DNA of 21,968 bases. Origin: Octopus sinensis (Eukaryota). The notes under the pieces are model-generated. The model was not told the DNA's origin. It searched no databases and saw only the letters and a program-made list of their open reading frames with translations. The translations under genes were made by a program, and so were the position numbers. Shown here in pieces: positions 19,186 through 21,968 of the stretch (position 1 is the stretch's first letter; each line of letters begins with the position of its first letter). Location: NCBI RefSeq assembly GCF_006345805.1, contig NW_021823568.1:1-21968 (forward strand), written 5' to 3'.

Positions 19186-20126
19186 ATGTCCAGAGCATGG
19201 AGACCTGACGAGCTGGATTTATTCGTACAAGCATGGGAGTGCGCCGGCGGAGATAGCCCTAGCGAGGTGATTGCGGCTGCGCTGAAGAGCAGAGGCTACA
19301 AGAGGACAGCGGCTCAGATGGAGCGAAAGAGACGGGAATTCGTGCGCTCATATGCGCTTGTACGGTCGCACATTGGCGCACTTGATGCCATCTTTGAGAA
19401 TGAGCGGGGCAAAGATGGCAAGAATTGAGACGATGAAAGAAGTCACCCCCACCTGGTGGACGCCCGGGAGGAGGTTTTGAATGAGAAACCTGCCCGGGAA
19501 GTGAACCCAGGTGCAAGTTCTCCAACCGGCAGCAAGGGCCATGGAGACGGAGAACCCGGTGAAGAGGTAGAGGGAGGAAGAAGAACTAAAAGAAGGACTG
19601 GAAGAGCTAAAGGAAAAGAAAAAGCTCAAGCAGGACCAAAGAGTGAAACAACCAGGAAATAGAAGTGGAACGCAAAGGATGGAACCAAACAGCGCACACG
19701 GGTGTGTATGTTCTACCTGAGAGGTTCCTGCTGGCATGGAAAGGAAGGTGCAGGCTGCCGCTTTGCACATCGGGGACCCTGCCACAGAGACACGAGGCAG
19801 ATGGACAAACCATCAACAACGCAAAGAAAAGGGAGGGACACGCAACACCTGCCCCAAAGCGGAGGTACGCAGATGTTGTGCGCGCCACAAACAGCCAACA
19901 TGATGTTGTCGAAAGAGCAGCTGCTGAGCAACAATCTTTTTTGCGCATGGCACAAAAGATTGTACAGCAGCTGACTGGCTTCATCAAACCCAAGCCCGCA
20001 GGTGGGACTACCCTATATACCAGACCACCACAGCAAACAGGACACAGGATGGACACCGCCCGGCAACAACGTACACCTCACCTCGATACTCCTACTGAAC
20101 ATCAGAGGACTGCAAACACTCAGTAA
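19186..20126 (+). pseudogene. LINE-B ORF1: Myb/SANT-like N-terminus, charged linker, CCCH finger, C-terminal region
   Basis: ORFs starting 19186, 19456 and 19702 share one frame, split by stops at 19426-28 and 19660-62. Finger CMFYLRGSCWHGKEGAGCRFAH at 19705-19770. A probable frameshift leads to the RRYADVV...QQSFLRMAQKIVQQL frame ending 20126. Confidence 0.75.
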
Positions 20127-21968
20127 CAGGACAAAGATCCCGTTCCTGAGAGACTTTGTTGCATGCAATCAAGCCTTATGCATAGCACTTACAGAAAAGG
20201 CACCTGAAACCGGACATAGCAGATGCGGAGTTACACATACCACAGTATGCTGTACTACGGACCGACAGGAAAGAAGGAGTCATGGAGGTGTGCTATGTAC
20301 ATCCGTGAGGACCTCACACCCCAGGTCCTCTGTCATACTCAAACTCGGTGTGTGACACACTAATGTACATATTAGGCAACTTGATGTAGTTGTGTGTGCT
20401 ACATATCGCCCTCCAGATGCCCCAAGCCATGTGGGCAAGTTTGAAGACTGCCTTATAAAAATAGAAGAAATTCTAACCACATTAGAACAACACATAGGTG
20501 TGCTTCTTATGGGAGACTTCAATCTGCCCAATGTCAGATGGCCCGAGGGCCTTTCTCTCCCAGGAATGACAAGATGTGAACGAGGACAGGCGAGGTCCCT
20601 CCTGAACCTCATCAACACCCTGTACATGGAGCAGGTAATACTCCAACCAACCAGGGCAGGTAACACACTGGATCTCTGCTTCACAAATGACATGGATCTC
20701 ATCCATAATGTGAAAGTGACACCGACACTACTCTCGGATCACAACATGATAGAGCTGACCATGTACGGGCCAAAAGAGAAAAGAGAGCACGGACATGCAG
20801 CCTACAAGAAACCCTCAAAATCTTTCCAGCTTGAACTACCATAAGGCAAACTGGAAACAAATTGAGAAAGAGATCCTCAAACAAAACTGGCCTAAATGTC
20901 TCTCCTCGCCAGACATCGACGTGAAACTTCAACAATTCATGTCTGTAATGCAAGCCATATGCTACAAATGTGTCCCAGAGAGAAAGGCCACTGTACACAA
21001 GAACAAAATCCCCAGAGAGAGGAAAATTTTAATGAGACGGCGTACGAAATTTTCAAATCGCCTAAACAAACAGATTGAAAGCAGTGAAAAGTCCCGCCTA
21101 AAAATAAAACTGTTGGAAATCGAAAAATGTCTGCAACTCTCCCATGAAAAAGAAAGAGCAGACAAAGAAGCTGGGTATGCCAAAGAAAACAGCTACAGTG
21201 CACTGTAGAATAGGGCCACTCCTCGAAAAGGATGGCACACTACAGGAAAACCAATGAGGGTAAGTGAAATACTGAATGAGCAATTCAAGAGTGTTTTCAC
21301 TCCACCCTTGGGCATCTCCAAATCACCAATCCAACTGACTTTTTTACCACTGCAGATATAAAATCAGAGGCGGCGACGATAGATTACATCGATATAAAGG
21401 AAGACGATGTAACCAAGGCTATAGATGAAATGAAAACAGACTCAGCTACTGGCCCCGATGGATTCCCGGCAATCCTCCTAAAAGCATGTAAGAGAGTCCT
21501 AGCAAGACCACTGCAGTCCTCTTTCAGAGCTTCTTGCAGCTGGCAAACTTCCAGGAAACTGAAGGAAGGTAAAATATGCCCCATTCATAAAGGAGGTAGC
21601 AGAGCGGAAGCCAAGAACTATAGACCTATCTCTCTGACCTCACACATCAGCAAGGTCATGGAACGAATAGTCAGAAGGAAGCTGATCACCTTCCTTGAAG
21701 CGAATGACTTGCTACCGACACCCAACATGGTTTCCGACAGGGAGAAGCTGTTTAACTCAGCTCCTACAACACTATGACTGGGTGCTGAAACGGCTGCTCA
21801 ACCACTCAAATGTGGAAGTGATATATCTCGACATTGCAAAGGCCTTTGATAAAGTCGATCATGGAATGATATGTCACAACTACGTGATCTCAACATAGTT
21901 GGAAAACTGGGAGAATGGCTTCATGACTTTCTGAGGATAGAAGTCAGGTGGTAGTAGCCAATGGGGCC
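20080..21968 (+). pseudogene. LINE-B ORF2 (APE + RT N-half), multiple indels
   Basis: LLLNIRGL, IALTE, SHGGV, TYRPP, GDFNLPNVRW, PTRAGNTLDLCFTN, SDHNMI; GPDGFPAILLK, NYRPISLTSHISKVMER, GRSCLTQLL, YLDIAKAFDKVDH. Confidence 0.95.

Larger units (their letters stand above)
19130..21968 (+). mobile_element. LINE-B: decayed APE-RT non-LTR retrotransposon (same broad group as LINE-A), runs past the window end
   Basis: ORF1 (Myb-like + CCCH), then APE, then the RT N-half. 5' boundary inferred from the end of the satellite. Confidence 0.92.

Noticed and set aside
19205-19213. CTGACGAGC hammerhead-like heptamer (also CTGATGA at ~7895)
   Set aside because: Inside coding regions, with no stem II/GAAA partner.

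Overview
Eukaryotic, repeat-saturated window with no supportable host gene. The (TA)n/(CA)n density and a SINE I recall from Octopus genomes point to a cephalopod; this is from memory and was not searched. Left to right: (1) a decayed APE-RT LINE of the CR1/L2/Jockey group on the minus strand (~425-4680) with two CCCH fingers in ORF1; (2) a 5'-truncated Penelope-like element (RT + GIY-YIG, minus, ~6260-8005) between outward-facing inverted repeats carrying hammerhead-like cores; (3) a well-formed type I hammerhead ribozyme candidate (8807-8934) in an AT-rich segment bounded by 32-bp direct repeats; (4) a ~7 kb array of ~278 x 25-bp units that is a tandem amplification of the A-box-containing head of a tRNA-derived SINE, whose body follows at 16201-16405; (5) a small inverted repeat pair, a hairpin and an RTE fragment among (TA)n tracts; (6) an AT-rich satellite (17560-19125); (7) a second decayed LINE (plus strand, from ~19130 past the window end) whose ORF1 begins with a Myb/SANT-like domain followed by a CCCH finger. 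Best leads: the SINE-head satellite, the hammerhead motifs and the Myb-ORF1 LINE.
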